The notes under the pieces were generated by a model. It was not told the origin of the DNA. It searched no databases and saw nothing but the letters and a program-made list of their open reading frames with translations. Source: Crocinitomicaceae bacterium (GTDB lineage Bacteria > Bacteroidota > Bacteroidia > Flavobacteriales_D > Crocinitomicaceae). From it: a stretch of 64,000 nucleotides of DNA. Position 1 is the stretch's first letter, and the number at the start of each line of letters is the position of its first letter. Where the stretch lies: contig JANRBR010000024.1 of the NCBI GenBank assembly GCA_030727405.1, positions 4,880-68,879 of the forward strand. The letters run 5' to 3'. A program made the translations under genes and the position numbers. This document shows, in pieces, positions 18,931 through 28,323 of the stretch.

Positions 18931-19001
18931 TCATTTTCAATGATAACAGCAATGCAAAGCTTGCAAGTCACATGCAGAAGATACGAATATCAAGGTCAAC
19001 T

Positions 19002-19883
19002 TTAAATGAAGTCTAGGGTTTCCTCTAAGGTTTTTGGGTTGTATCCCAAGCGTGATTTCGCTTTACTTAGGTTGAATCCTGTTCGTGGTGGCCTCACCGC
19101 AGGTTGACTGAGTGAAGAACTAGTGGTTCGTTTTACTTTGTCCATGGATAATTGGTAGTGCTTTGCAATTCGCTCAACAATTTCGTAAATCGACATGGTT
19201 TCAGGCCCTGAGACATGAAAAATCCCATTTTCATTCAATTCACAAATTCGAATACACGCCCATGCGAGGTCATCCGCCCAAGTTGGAGCACGGAATTGGT
19301 CATCAATTATACTCAATTCTTTCGCTTCATGAAGGGCTTCTTTTGCCCATTTAACTATGTTTGAACGCGATAATTGATTCCCTGTCCCATAGACAATGAT
19401 TGTTCGCACGATGGAAAATTGAAGGGAAGGCAAATCTTTGATATATTCTTCTGCCTGAAGCTTAGAATGTCCATATATGCTTAAAGGATTTGGTGCATCT
19501 TCCTCTTGATAATTTCCTTTTGAGCCATCGAAGACAAAGTCAGTTGAAAGAAGTTGAAAATGACAGTTTGATGCGAGGCATTGATTGGCCAATAATTGAA
19601 CCGAATCTACATTCAAGCTTTGACACTCCTGTGGATTGAGTTCACATGCATCTACATTGGTCATTGCAGCAGTATGAATAACATGTGTGGGTTTAAATTC
19701 ATTGAAAACTTCGGCAATTTCATCACGGTTGCAGATGTCCATGGTGCGGTAGTTTTCCTCTGGACAATCATTGTTGCGATTCACTCCAAGTGAGCTAGCC
19801 ATGAAATCAATGCCCTTTAGCAACAACTGCGCAACCAATTTTTGACCCAAAAGTCCATTACTTCCTGTGATGAGCATTCTCAT
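19002..19883 (-). CDS. SDR-family NAD(P)-dependent oxidoreductase, dTDP-4-dehydrorhamnose reductase (RmlD)-like
   Basis: MRMLITGSNGLLGQ Rossmann start and the YGHSK catalytic motif. The track start is a TTG; the ATG at 19883 forms an ATGA overlap with the PspC-domain gene stop. Confidence 0.8.
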   Translation of the reverse strand: MRMLITGSNGLLGQKLVAQLLLKGIDFMASSLGVNRNNDCPEENYRTMDICNRDEIAEVFNEFKPTHVIHTAAMTNVDACELNPQECQSLNVDSVQLLANQCLASNCHFQLLSTDFVFDGSKGNYQEEDAPNPLSIYGHSKLQAEEYIKDLPSLQFSIVRTIIVYGTGNQLSRSNIVKWAKEALHEAKELSIIDDQFRAPTWADDLAWACIRICELNENGIFHVSGPETMSIYEIVERIAKHYQLSMDKVKRTTSSSLSQPAVRPPRTGFNLSKAKSRLGYNPKTLEETLDFI

Positions 19884-20119
19884 AAGTCCCAAATGGATTT
19901 TTTTTGTTTGTGTTGGAATTTAAAATAATGTTTATGTTCAAGCACCCAAGCCATTACTAAATATAAAAGTATGGGTGAGCCCAATCCGATAATTGAAAAA
20001 TAAATAAAGCCCAAGCGTACTTTACTTATGCGAATACCAAGCCTCCTAGCCCACCATTCACAAACGCCAAAGGATTGCATTTCGAAGAAAAAAATGATTT
20101 TCTGAAGAAGTCGTCTCAT
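19880..20119 (-). CDS. PspC-domain membrane protein
   Basis: FGVCEWWARRLGIRISKVRLGFIYFSIIGLGSPILLYLVMAWVL matches the PspC domain pattern. Start set to ATG 20119 (MRRLLQ), which overlaps the upstream stop as ATGA. Confidence 0.7.
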   Translation of the reverse strand: MRRLLQKIIFFFEMQSFGVCEWWARRLGIRISKVRLGFIYFSIIGLGSPILLYLVMAWVLEHKHYFKFQHKQKKSIWDL

Positions 20120-21201
20120 GATTTTATCAACCGTTGCCCAACACAACAATCTAAACATTTATTATTTGCACAAAATTGCTGATAAATTTCGAGATTAGCC
20201 TGCGTTTCCAAAGCATTTTTCGCTTCAATTTCTGCGGACTTCCAAATGTTTGAAATGCCATTCTTTTCACTTGGAAGTGATTTCAAGAATTTCATCGCCT
20301 CCAATACTCCTGTGCTTTGTTTTTTTATCTTTCGCTGATCCTCCATAATCAAATATGTTTTCACATTAATTAATAAATTATTTTGCAGCATTTTACTCTT
20401 TATTTCGGATCTTAAAAAACCAATATCCCAAGGGATTCGCGCTACATTTTGCTCTTTGACTTCCAGGAACCAACGAATAAATTTCGTCCAAGATTGCACC
20501 CTGTTTTTTAAATGTCCTGTTAGAATCATGTTCTTCCCTTTCCAGCCTTGATGATTGCTTAACGCATCCTTCAAGATGTGTTCAGGTGATGTTCTTAGGT
20601 GATCTAAAAGTGGGATTTGTTGTGCTAAAAGTTCGAAGGATAGGCTATTGGTTTTCGTGCCGAAGGCTTTTGATATCAAGTGGTAGAAATCAAACACATT
20701 GGTTTCTTGATCGAAACAAGCCAAGTACTTTCGCATTAAACGATCTTCTAAGGACCTTAGTTGCATTTGTTGGAATTCATCTTGAAAGCCATTTAAACGC
20801 TTCTTACAAACTATTTCATTTGATTTAATCCATTGATACTGCCTTGGAAATTTAAATTCGCCTTCCAAGTATGTTTTTAATTCGATTGTGGGGATTAAAG
20901 AATCGTGTAAATAAACAGGCTGATCATTTTCATAAACGACGTGTAAAATGACATTATGATAAGAAGCATCATCCTGATGTTGATGTTTGTACCAATCGGA
21001 TGCTTTCAAATGGAACTCTATCGAACCACACCATGTTAGCTTATCGAATCTCACTTTGGCAAATTGAAAATCTGGACCACTTCCGGAGGTGTTCCAGGTG
21101 CCTAATTGAATTATTTCGATGTCTCGGGAGTCTGTTAGTTGAAATAGATGGAAGGGCAATCTTCGATCATTCCAAAGTTGTTGTAATTGTATCTCAAGCA
21201 A
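20116..21201 (-). CDS. DUF2851 family protein
   Basis: 361 aa. The N-terminal block (LQQLW...DIEIIQLGTWNTSGSGPDFQFAKVRF...GSIEFHLKASDWYKHQH) resembles DUF2851. Only a TTG codon (21201) is available near the family-typical N-terminus. Confidence 0.7.
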   Translation of the reverse strand: MLEIQLQQLWNDRRLPFHLFQLTDSRDIEIIQLGTWNTSGSGPDFQFAKVRFDKLTWCGSIEFHLKASDWYKHQHQDDASYHNVILHVVYENDQPVYLHDSLIPTIELKTYLEGEFKFPRQYQWIKSNEIVCKKRLNGFQDEFQQMQLRSLEDRLMRKYLACFDQETNVFDFYHLISKAFGTKTNSLSFELLAQQIPLLDHLRTSPEHILKDALSNHQGWKGKNMILTGHLKNRVQSWTKFIRWFLEVKEQNVARIPWDIGFLRSEIKSKMLQNNLLINVKTYLIMEDQRKIKKQSTGVLEAMKFLKSLPSEKNGISNIWKSAEIEAKNALETQANLEIYQQFCANNKCLDCCVGQRLIKS

Positions 21202-21230
21202 AGTAACCTATTTGATTACTTTAAGATAAC

Positions 21231-21261
21231 AAAAAAGGCGCTCAATGAGCGCCTTTTTTTT
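21231..21261 (-). terminator. rho-independent terminator after the OmpA/TPR gene (symmetrical A-run/T-run)
   Basis: Stem GGCGCTC/GAGCGCC (21237-43 / 21247-53) with a 3-nt loop, flanked by A6 and T8. It begins right at the stop codon of the 21260 gene. Confidence 0.85.
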
Positions 21262-23395
21262 ATTTTGGTAATGGTTTAAATATCAAATAATCTGGAATCG
21301 CAGGTGGTGCGGTTGCAGGATTAAAATCTGTAGATGTGATTTTAGCTGTAGTTCTACGATTAATTTGATGTAGTTTTTCGAATTTAGCTTTATCGGTAGT
21401 TTTGTATTGATTGATATAAGCCTCCGTTAAGACAACTTTCTGACCATTTTCATCTTCCCACGTTGCTGGTTCAGCTTCTCCTTTACCAACAGGACGAATG
21501 CGTCGTGGATCAATTCCCTTTTGTTCAACTAGGTATTTGTATACCGCTTTTGCTCTATTTTCTGATAAAACTTGGTTTTTAACATCGGTATCACGTGCAT
21601 CTGTATGTGAATACAAATCGATGGTGATGTTAGGGTATTCTCTTAACATACTATCCAAGAATTTCAAAGAGTCCAAACTCATACAAGAAGCATCGTTAAT
21701 GAAAGTCCATTGACTTACTGGGTAACGAACCTCAGGGGTGCGAATTTCTCCGATTGGCAATAATGGCATTTCTAAGATGAAGGACTGACTTTGGTCTATG
21801 CCTTTCGTACTGAATTTAGCTCCTCTTTTATCTTCGTAATATCCTTCTTTTCCAGCCTTCAAGGTGTAATCAAATCCTGCAAGGATCCAACGATTTTTCT
21901 TGTCTGGTTTTTCGTTCCAACTCACTTTACCTTTTGCATCTGTTGTTCCTTCCCATGTTGAGCCATCAGAAACAGTTACCGTTACTTTCGCTCCAGCTAA
22001 TTTTTTTGTCTTTTTTCCAGACTCATAAACCACTACTCGAAGGTCATAAAAATTTGGTGGGATAGAATAACTCCAAATATCGGATGTGTATTCATTACTT
22101 GAAGATGTTTTTCTTTCTGATGTAAAGAATCCTGAACGTCCATCAAAGTCACATAAACCATAATCGTTTCCTTGAGAATTAAAAGGAACACCCATGTTTC
22201 TAGTTCCAGACCATTTGTTGGAGTCAAGATCTTTTTGAGCAACAAAAATGTCTAGTCCACCAATTCCTGGAAGGCCATCACTTGCAAAATACAATTGTCC
22301 TTTAGAACCAATCGAAGGGAACAATTCATTTCCTGCTGTATTGAACATCGCTCCCATGTTGTGTGGAATCGAATCCCAAACTTTCTCTCTTTTTTTGTAG
22401 GTAACATACCATAAATCTCTTCCTCCAAAACTTTTCTCTCCATTTGGACTTTCTTTCATGTCAGAGGCAAAAATCAACATCATATTATCTGGAGAAAGAC
22501 AAGGATGACCTACTGAAATGGTATCGTTTAATTTCAAGGTGATTTTCTCAGGATTTTCAAAATCCTCTCCACTAAAATCTGCCTTCCAGATTTCACAACC
22601 TAAATCTTGCTTCTCAGCATTAGGACAACGTGTGAAATAAAGCGTTTTCTTTTTTGAATCAAAGCAAGCATTTCCTTCATTTTGAGTAGTGTTCACCACT
22701 CCTTTTGTGTCGATTGATTTTACATTTGTCGGGTTGCCGTTTACGTCATACTCCGCACTATAAATATCCATGTACTTTTGACCAGATATTGGATCACGAT
22801 CTGTTCCGGTTGCTTCATCTCGACTAGTTCCAAAATAAATTATCTTACCTTTTTTATCTCCGTAGGAAGGAGACATGTCGTATTGTTTTGAATTAATCTT
22901 GTCCTCACATTTAATGACATAATTAGATTCTTCCGATTCAAAATCACGGTATTGTTCAATAGCAGCAATAGCCGATTCTACTTCCTTCACTCGGGATTTA
23001 GGTGCAATACGTTTGAACTCTCTATAACTTTTCAATGAATTATCGAACTCTTTTAACATGCGTTGCATGTCACCACGGCAGAAATAAACTTCAGGCATGA
23101 CATCAAAGTATTTCAATTCGATGCACGTACCATACCACTCATTAGCCTTATCATAAATCTGCATGTTTCGGTATGAATCAGCAATTTTATAGGCCATGTC
23201 TCCCTTTTGACGAATGGTTCCTTTGTAACCAAGTTTCTTATAGGCATCTTGACAAACTTTTACCGCCTCAAAATAATTACCCGAATTATACGTATCGTTT
23301 GCTTTTCTGATGTATTTAGGCTCTGGAAGATTCTGTCCAAAACTAAACTGTGCAAAGGAAATTGTAAGAAATGCTAAAATAAAAAATTGTTTCAT
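21260..23395 (-). CDS. OmpA-family outer-membrane protein with N-terminal TPR, TolB-like beta-propeller (PD40) repeats and C-terminal OmpA domain
   Basis: 711 aa. Signal peptide and TPR-like N-terminus; repeated blocks such as Y(F/Y)(T/A)S and LYFASDG; C-terminal ITIDLYSHTDARD...LSENRAKAVYKYLV...GKGEAEP is OmpA-like. Confidence 0.85.
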   Translation of the reverse strand: MKQFFILAFLTISFAQFSFGQNLPEPKYIRKANDTYNSGNYFEAVKVCQDAYKKLGYKGTIRQKGDMAYKIADSYRNMQIYDKANEWYGTCIELKYFDVMPEVYFCRGDMQRMLKEFDNSLKSYREFKRIAPKSRVKEVESAIAAIEQYRDFESEESNYVIKCEDKINSKQYDMSPSYGDKKGKIIYFGTSRDEATGTDRDPISGQKYMDIYSAEYDVNGNPTNVKSIDTKGVVNTTQNEGNACFDSKKKTLYFTRCPNAEKQDLGCEIWKADFSGEDFENPEKITLKLNDTISVGHPCLSPDNMMLIFASDMKESPNGEKSFGGRDLWYVTYKKREKVWDSIPHNMGAMFNTAGNELFPSIGSKGQLYFASDGLPGIGGLDIFVAQKDLDSNKWSGTRNMGVPFNSQGNDYGLCDFDGRSGFFTSERKTSSSNEYTSDIWSYSIPPNFYDLRVVVYESGKKTKKLAGAKVTVTVSDGSTWEGTTDAKGKVSWNEKPDKKNRWILAGFDYTLKAGKEGYYEDKRGAKFSTKGIDQSQSFILEMPLLPIGEIRTPEVRYPVSQWTFINDASCMSLDSLKFLDSMLREYPNITIDLYSHTDARDTDVKNQVLSENRAKAVYKYLVEQKGIDPRRIRPVGKGEAEPATWEDENGQKVVLTEAYINQYKTTDKAKFEKLHQINRRTTAKITSTDFNPATAPPAIPDYLIFKPLPK

Positions 23396-23433
23396 AAAGC
23401 GTGGTTTAAGCTTGAATTTAAATCCAAGGATAG

Positions 23434-23441
23434 CAAAAATA
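23434..23441 (-). promoter_or_regulatory. -7 box TATTTTTG upstream of the OmpA/TPR gene
   Basis: Exact TAnnTTTG, 38 nt before ATG 23395. Confidence 0.45.
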
Positions 23442-23449
23442 AGAAATAT

Positions 23450-24487
23450 TTATTTAAAATCCGAACAATAGTTCCTCCATCGTTTGATAAGCTCAGCAAA
23501 GCCCTCCGGTAATGCGGAATCAAACTCTATATACGATTGTTTTGTCGGTTGTATGAAGCCAAGTGTTTTAGCATGAAGTGCTTGACCAGGAATCAATTCG
23601 AAACAATTTTGAATGAATCGCTCATAACTTGCCGAGCGTGTCCCTTTTACGATCTTGTTTCCGCCGTATTCTAAGTCATTAAATAAGGGATGACCGATGG
23701 ACTGCATATGCACACGAATTTGATGTGTTCGACCTGTTTCCAATTTGCATTCTATCAAGGTAACCAAACCGAAGCGCTCAAGTACTTTATAATGAGTAAT
23801 TGCGACCTTTCCATGTTGACCATCCTTAAATACAGCCATTACTTTTCGGTTTTTTAAGGACCTTCCGATGTTGCCTTCAATTGTTCCGTCCGACTCGATA
23901 TCGCCCCAAACCAATGCGTGGTAACGTCTTTCTGTCGTTCGATTGTAGAATTGCTTAGCCAATTCAACAAGTGCCAACTCGGTTTTAGCGATTAATAGCA
24001 ATCCTGTCGTGTGTTTATCGATGCGGTGAACAAGTCCAGGCCTTCCGTAATAATCTTTTGGTGGTTTTGGTAAGTTCTGTATGTGATAAACTAAGGCGTT
24101 AACTAAGGTCCCAGAATAATTCCCATAACCCGGATGGACAACCATATTTGCAGGTTTGTTCACGACTAATAATTCTTCGTCTTCAAACGCTATCTCAATG
24201 GGGATATCTTGCGGAATTAATTCAATTTCTCGAACAGGATAAGGAAGTACAATGGAGACCTCATCACCCGGTTTTATCTTATAGTTTTGCTTGACTTTTA
24301 CTCCATTTACAAGGATGTTACCATTCTTAGCGGCAACTTGAATTTTATTCCTTGAAGTATTGGCCATTCGGTCAATAAGGAATTTGTCGATGCGCAAAGA
24401 TTCTTGGCCAGGATCTGCTTTAAACCGATGGTGTTCAAAAAGCTCTTCCTCGTCATTCTCCAGGTCGGTAACCAGTTCTTCGGTCAT
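23450..24487 (-). CDS. rluD: RluA-family 23S rRNA pseudouridine synthase (RluD-like)
   Basis: 345 aa. S4 domain (LRIDKFL...SRNKIQ), catalytic HRIDKHTTGLLLIAK and GRTHQIRVH. Confidence 0.9.
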   Translation of the reverse strand: MTEELVTDLENDEEELFEHHRFKADPGQESLRIDKFLIDRMANTSRNKIQVAAKNGNILVNGVKVKQNYKIKPGDEVSIVLPYPVREIELIPQDIPIEIAFEDEELLVVNKPANMVVHPGYGNYSGTLVNALVYHIQNLPKPPKDYYGRPGLVHRIDKHTTGLLLIAKTELALVELAKQFYNRTTERRYHALVWGDIESDGTIEGNIGRSLKNRKVMAVFKDGQHGKVAITHYKVLERFGLVTLIECKLETGRTHQIRVHMQSIGHPLFNDLEYGGNKIVKGTRSASYERFIQNCFELIPGQALHAKTLGFIQPTKQSYIEFDSALPEGFAELIKRWRNYCSDFK

Positions 24488-26694
24488 TGTTTAATGAACT
24501 TAACAGGATGAGCATGTAAGGTTGGAATATGCACGAAATAAATTCCTTGTTGGAGGTCCCTGATCGAAATTTTCTCTTCCATTGTTTGAAGGATTAACCT
24601 TCCCGACGCGTCAAATATAGATTTCATTACCCCTTCCAAATTTACATTCGCTTGGAAATTGATTTCATCGGTTGCTGGATTTGGGAAACAGCTAAACTGT
24701 TGTACTTCCTCGATTGCATGGAACCCTAAAGTTTGATCAAGTCCCGTGGAAAAAATCGGACGCATCATCGCACTACCAGGAAAGGGAGAAGCCATCCATG
24801 TTCCACCTCCATCAACACTGAACTTAATTTTATCTGAATGATCGATGTTGCGATCCAAGCCCAAATTCAACCTTTCTTGATCCAATTGACGCCAACCTAC
24901 AAAGAACTTTTCAGGCACGGCAATTTTGGCTGTATCCGTAAAGTAATACTTGATAAACATGTTGTGCGTGGTTCCATAAATCGGTGATCTTGTATTAAAA
25001 ATATCATCTTCGTATAATACTTGACCAGGATTACCATTGCCATCGTCTGCCCAAACAGTCAACAAGAAAAGTTTGTTGCTCACATCCGTTACAGAAGGCA
25101 CAAAATGAAATGCTACACCTATCAATGAATCTGGTTCGTATGCTTCATAGGCAATTGCCAATCTGGACTGAACGCCAGTTGGACCAAATGCCGCTTCCGC
25201 ACTTCCATCATCATAACTGTAGTAGTTATAAAATACTTGGGAAAACGTTGATTGATCATTGAATACATCATTCGGGAATTGTGCGGAAACAGCAGTGCTA
25301 ACTTCAAAAGACTGTTCTATGCCACCTAAATTCTTAGGGAATTCCGCACCCGTGGATAAATCGTGGTAGGAAGTATGCGTCGTTCGTGGGTTATAATTGA
25401 TTTGCTGCTCGGCCAAATTAAAGCCTTGCAAGGTAAAATTACCGTAATTCGTAGCTCCTTGACCAAATACGATGGTTCCGTTTTGGTAATTTTCCGGATT
25501 TGGACTACCGTTGTGAACCATTACCTTTAAAGCACTTGTCATTTTATTATCCGCTGCATTCACATAGTGATCCCAAGGAACGGATGTGTACGTCTCAAGT
25601 AGGGAATTGATTGGGTAGGACAAGGCAAAATCTTTGAATAATGTATCTGCCGCATTAGATTGCGTTCTCAGGTGAACATAATCTATATGAAAATGATCCA
25701 ACGAACCGGCTAATGAACCGTAATTTTTAAACCTAAATTGAAACCCTTTTTTGAAAAATTTCGCCTCTTTAATCGGCAAATGAACTGCTTTAAAAGAATA
25801 GGTCGTATCGCCATTTGTGGACCAAACTCGAAACCATTGATCCAAGTCCTTTGCATATAATTCCAGCACCAATGAATCACCTTGCTCGGGTATGTCACCT
25901 AATCCTTCCGGTTGAACTAAGAAAGACAAATACAGCGAATCTGCTGCCGTAAAAGGTGCTAAATTTAATGGTTTACATGTTAGTCGATCAGCATAGTTTG
26001 TAATGGAGGTTCCTATTTGATACGGATAGCCATTTTCATCCAAACCATCAAATGTCACAACCCCGAGTGATCTTGGATTAACTGCGTAACGTTGATTCAA
26101 ATAAGCTTGATGATCCAGCCAAATGGCATTTTGATTTTGTAAAGTCGCAAAAAACAAGCGGACAGAATCTTGGAAGTAGCTTGGGTTTGTAACCCAAACC
26201 GTATCAGATTCATCTTGCACCCCTATGGTATCATAAATGTAATAAGGAGGAAATAAGTCCTCGGTTGAGTAATTCAATGGATAGGATGTAAAATCTGCTA
26301 CTTTCACTGGAATTACGTTAAAAACACTATCAACAAAAGTTCCCGTTGTACTATCATAGGTTCGTTTAAAGGTAGCACCATTGGTAAACACCGCCGAAGA
26401 AGGAAAAGGCTGTAAGGTAATCGGATCCAACAATCGGTAAAACAACTGATTCGTAACTCCTGGATCATTAAATTGAGCCGTGTATTCTTGGAATTTATTA
26501 CTTGAAAATTCGTCGAAAATCGGAAGGGAAAGGGTATCCGAAAGATAGATGAAAGTACTATCAATGGATTGACTTCCTGATTTCAATTGTGCTTTCTTTT
26601 CCAACAAATGAAAATTGCGTGTTAATGGCCCTATTTCTAAATGCTGGGCAGCAGAGAAGAAAGAAATGCAACAGAAAAAAAGTAAGTTTTTCAT
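24484..26694 (-). CDS. secreted protein of unknown function with T9SS type A C-terminal sorting domain
   Basis: 736 aa. Signal peptide MKNLLFFCCISFFSAAQ, MAM/jelly-roll-like middle part, C-terminus FSCFPNPATDEINF...GIYFVHIPTLHAHPVKFIKQ. Confidence 0.75.
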   Translation of the reverse strand: MKNLLFFCCISFFSAAQHLEIGPLTRNFHLLEKKAQLKSGSQSIDSTFIYLSDTLSLPIFDEFSSNKFQEYTAQFNDPGVTNQLFYRLLDPITLQPFPSSAVFTNGATFKRTYDSTTGTFVDSVFNVIPVKVADFTSYPLNYSTEDLFPPYYIYDTIGVQDESDTVWVTNPSYFQDSVRLFFATLQNQNAIWLDHQAYLNQRYAVNPRSLGVVTFDGLDENGYPYQIGTSITNYADRLTCKPLNLAPFTAADSLYLSFLVQPEGLGDIPEQGDSLVLELYAKDLDQWFRVWSTNGDTTYSFKAVHLPIKEAKFFKKGFQFRFKNYGSLAGSLDHFHIDYVHLRTQSNAADTLFKDFALSYPINSLLETYTSVPWDHYVNAADNKMTSALKVMVHNGSPNPENYQNGTIVFGQGATNYGNFTLQGFNLAEQQINYNPRTTHTSYHDLSTGAEFPKNLGGIEQSFEVSTAVSAQFPNDVFNDQSTFSQVFYNYYSYDDGSAEAAFGPTGVQSRLAIAYEAYEPDSLIGVAFHFVPSVTDVSNKLFLLTVWADDGNGNPGQVLYEDDIFNTRSPIYGTTHNMFIKYYFTDTAKIAVPEKFFVGWRQLDQERLNLGLDRNIDHSDKIKFSVDGGGTWMASPFPGSAMMRPIFSTGLDQTLGFHAIEEVQQFSCFPNPATDEINFQANVNLEGVMKSIFDASGRLILQTMEEKISIRDLQQGIYFVHIPTLHAHPVKFIKQ

Positions 26695-26696
26695 GT

Positions 26697-27503
26697 TTAT
26701 TCTGGTTTTTCGATGTCTGAAATTGTACGTTTCATAGACAACATGAAATGAGTCGATTTAAATACCGTTGACCCTTCTATGAACTCAGGAGTTTGGCTAA
26801 ATATCACGGCTGAAAGTGAATCTTCCGCAGTACTACAATCCGTACAAATAAAGTCGAAGGAAGTCACACCTAAGGTGTCCAAAATGAACCGCGCATCGGC
26901 CATACTTAAACCAACAAAATTTGGAATAGCTAGCGGTTCTCCTTGATCATTTTGTCCAACAATTAGTGTCACAACCGCGCCAATTGGAATGCGATCTCCC
27001 TCCTTGATTCGGCGTCCTTTGTAAAGTTGGTCCAAAACAGAACCATTCGCCTCACTTGTTGAGCGGTATTGAATGTTGAATCGAATTCCACGCTGTTCAA
27101 GGATGCTTTCGGCAAATTGCAATTGTTTATGAACCAAACTTGGCATTTCTACCAATTGATTTTTCTTTGTCAAACGCAGGCCAATGATTCGACCAGACTT
27201 TACGTGTACCATTGATATAGATGTTGGCTCGACCAATTGTTCTAACACAGTACCTTCGGGTAATTTCGGGTCATAAATGCTATCCAATATTTGGAATTGC
27301 AAATCCAATTCTTCAATTTTTTGTTTTGCTTCTTCGGCATTCAATCCAACCAAATTAGGTACTGCGATTTTTTCACCGTGATTTGTTGAGAAATCGAGGT
27401 ATAAGACCGTGGAAAAAACGATCACTAAATAGAACAAAATGACGAAGCCTACTTGCTTTAAGAAGTATTTTGTTAGAATATAATTTTTAATTCTTTGGAA
27501 CAC
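26697..27503 (-). CDS. PASTA domain-containing membrane-anchored protein
   Basis: 268 aa. N-terminal TM, then three repeats of the type VPN(L/F)VG(L)...A...L (VPNLVGLNAEEAKQKI, MPSLVHKQLQFAESIL, IPNFVGLSMADARFIL). Start is GTG 27503; there is no in-frame ATG before the TM segment. Confidence 0.75.
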   Translation of the reverse strand: MFQRIKNYILTKYFLKQVGFVILFYLVIVFSTVLYLDFSTNHGEKIAVPNLVGLNAEEAKQKIEELDLQFQILDSIYDPKLPEGTVLEQLVEPTSISMVHVKSGRIIGLRLTKKNQLVEMPSLVHKQLQFAESILEQRGIRFNIQYRSTSEANGSVLDQLYKGRRIKEGDRIPIGAVVTLIVGQNDQGEPLAIPNFVGLSMADARFILDTLGVTSFDFICTDCSTAEDSLSAVIFSQTPEFIEGSTVFKSTHFMLSMKRTISDIEKPE

Positions 27504-27524
27504 TATTTTTCTTTTTCAATTAAT

Positions 27525-27532
27525 CAAAGTTA
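27525..27532 (-). promoter_or_regulatory. -7 box TAACTTTG upstream of the PASTA-domain gene
   Basis: Exact TAnnTTTG, 21 nt before GTG 27503. Confidence 0.5.
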
Positions 27533-27553
27533 ATCTTTCCTTTGTGAAAATGA

Positions 27554-28237
27554 TTAGAAATTCGGAGATAAGGCATGTGAACGGTAAAAATCTTCAATGT
27601 GTTCAACCGCTTCATCGACAGTGTCGACTAATTTATACAGCATTAAATCATCCTTTGAAATGTATTTTTCCTTAAGCAACATGGTTTCTTCGACCCATTT
27701 CAGTAGACCGCTCCAATAGTCACTTCCGACTAGTACGACGGGACGTTTGGTGATTTTTTTGGTTTGAATCAAGGTCATGGCTTCAAAGAACTCATCCAAG
27801 GTGCCAAATCCACCAGGAAGTATGACAAAGGCTTGGGAGTATTTTACAAAGATTACTTTTCGAACAAAGAAATAATCAAACTCCAAATTATGTTCTTGAT
27901 CAATGAACGGATTATGGTTTTGTTCAAAAGGTAAATCAATGTTCAAGCCTACGGACTTTCCATTTCCTTTTTGAGCCCCTTTATTTGCGGCTTCCATAAG
28001 GCCTGGGCCTCCACCTGTGATGATCCCGTAACCTAGACTTGCTAATTTTTCCGCAATCTCAACTCCCATCGTGTAATGAGGGTTGTCTTCCTTTGTCCGT
28101 GCTGAACCAAAAATGGAAACACAAGGTCCGATTTTAGACATGCGATCATATCCCTCTACAAATTCAGACATGATTTTAAAAATGGACCAACTATCGTTGC
28201 TCTTTAGTTCATTCCAATCTTTTTTTGCTTGTTCCAT
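27554..28237 (-). CDS. LOG-family (TIGR00730) nucleotide phosphoribohydrolase
   Basis: 227 aa. GGGPGLMEAANKGA and PGGFGTLDEFFE motifs. Confidence 0.88.
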   Translation of the reverse strand: MEQAKKDWNELKSNDSWSIFKIMSEFVEGYDRMSKIGPCVSIFGSARTKEDNPHYTMGVEIAEKLASLGYGIITGGGPGLMEAANKGAQKGNGKSVGLNIDLPFEQNHNPFIDQEHNLEFDYFFVRKVIFVKYSQAFVILPGGFGTLDEFFEAMTLIQTKKITKRPVVLVGSDYWSGLLKWVEETMLLKEKYISKDDLMLYKLVDTVDEAVEHIEDFYRSHALSPNF

Positions 28238-28323
28238 AGGATTTCATTTCTGGTGAATTAACGCAAATAACAACCACTAAATTGCTTACTACTGAAAAGA
28301 ATGGGGAAATTCGTTTTTTCGAG

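Noticed and set aside
19880-20119. PspC-domain gene as part of a phage-shock (Psp) system
   Set aside because: No pspA/pspB/pspF-type genes are present. Only the small PspC domain is there, and it is widespread as a stand-alone membrane module. The unusual gene coupling is kept as a separate finding.
27554-28237. LOG-family protein as a nucleotide-modifying component of a conflict system
   Set aside because: It is a stand-alone canonical TIGR00730-type protein with its own spacers and housekeeping neighbours. There is no fused or adjacent effector.
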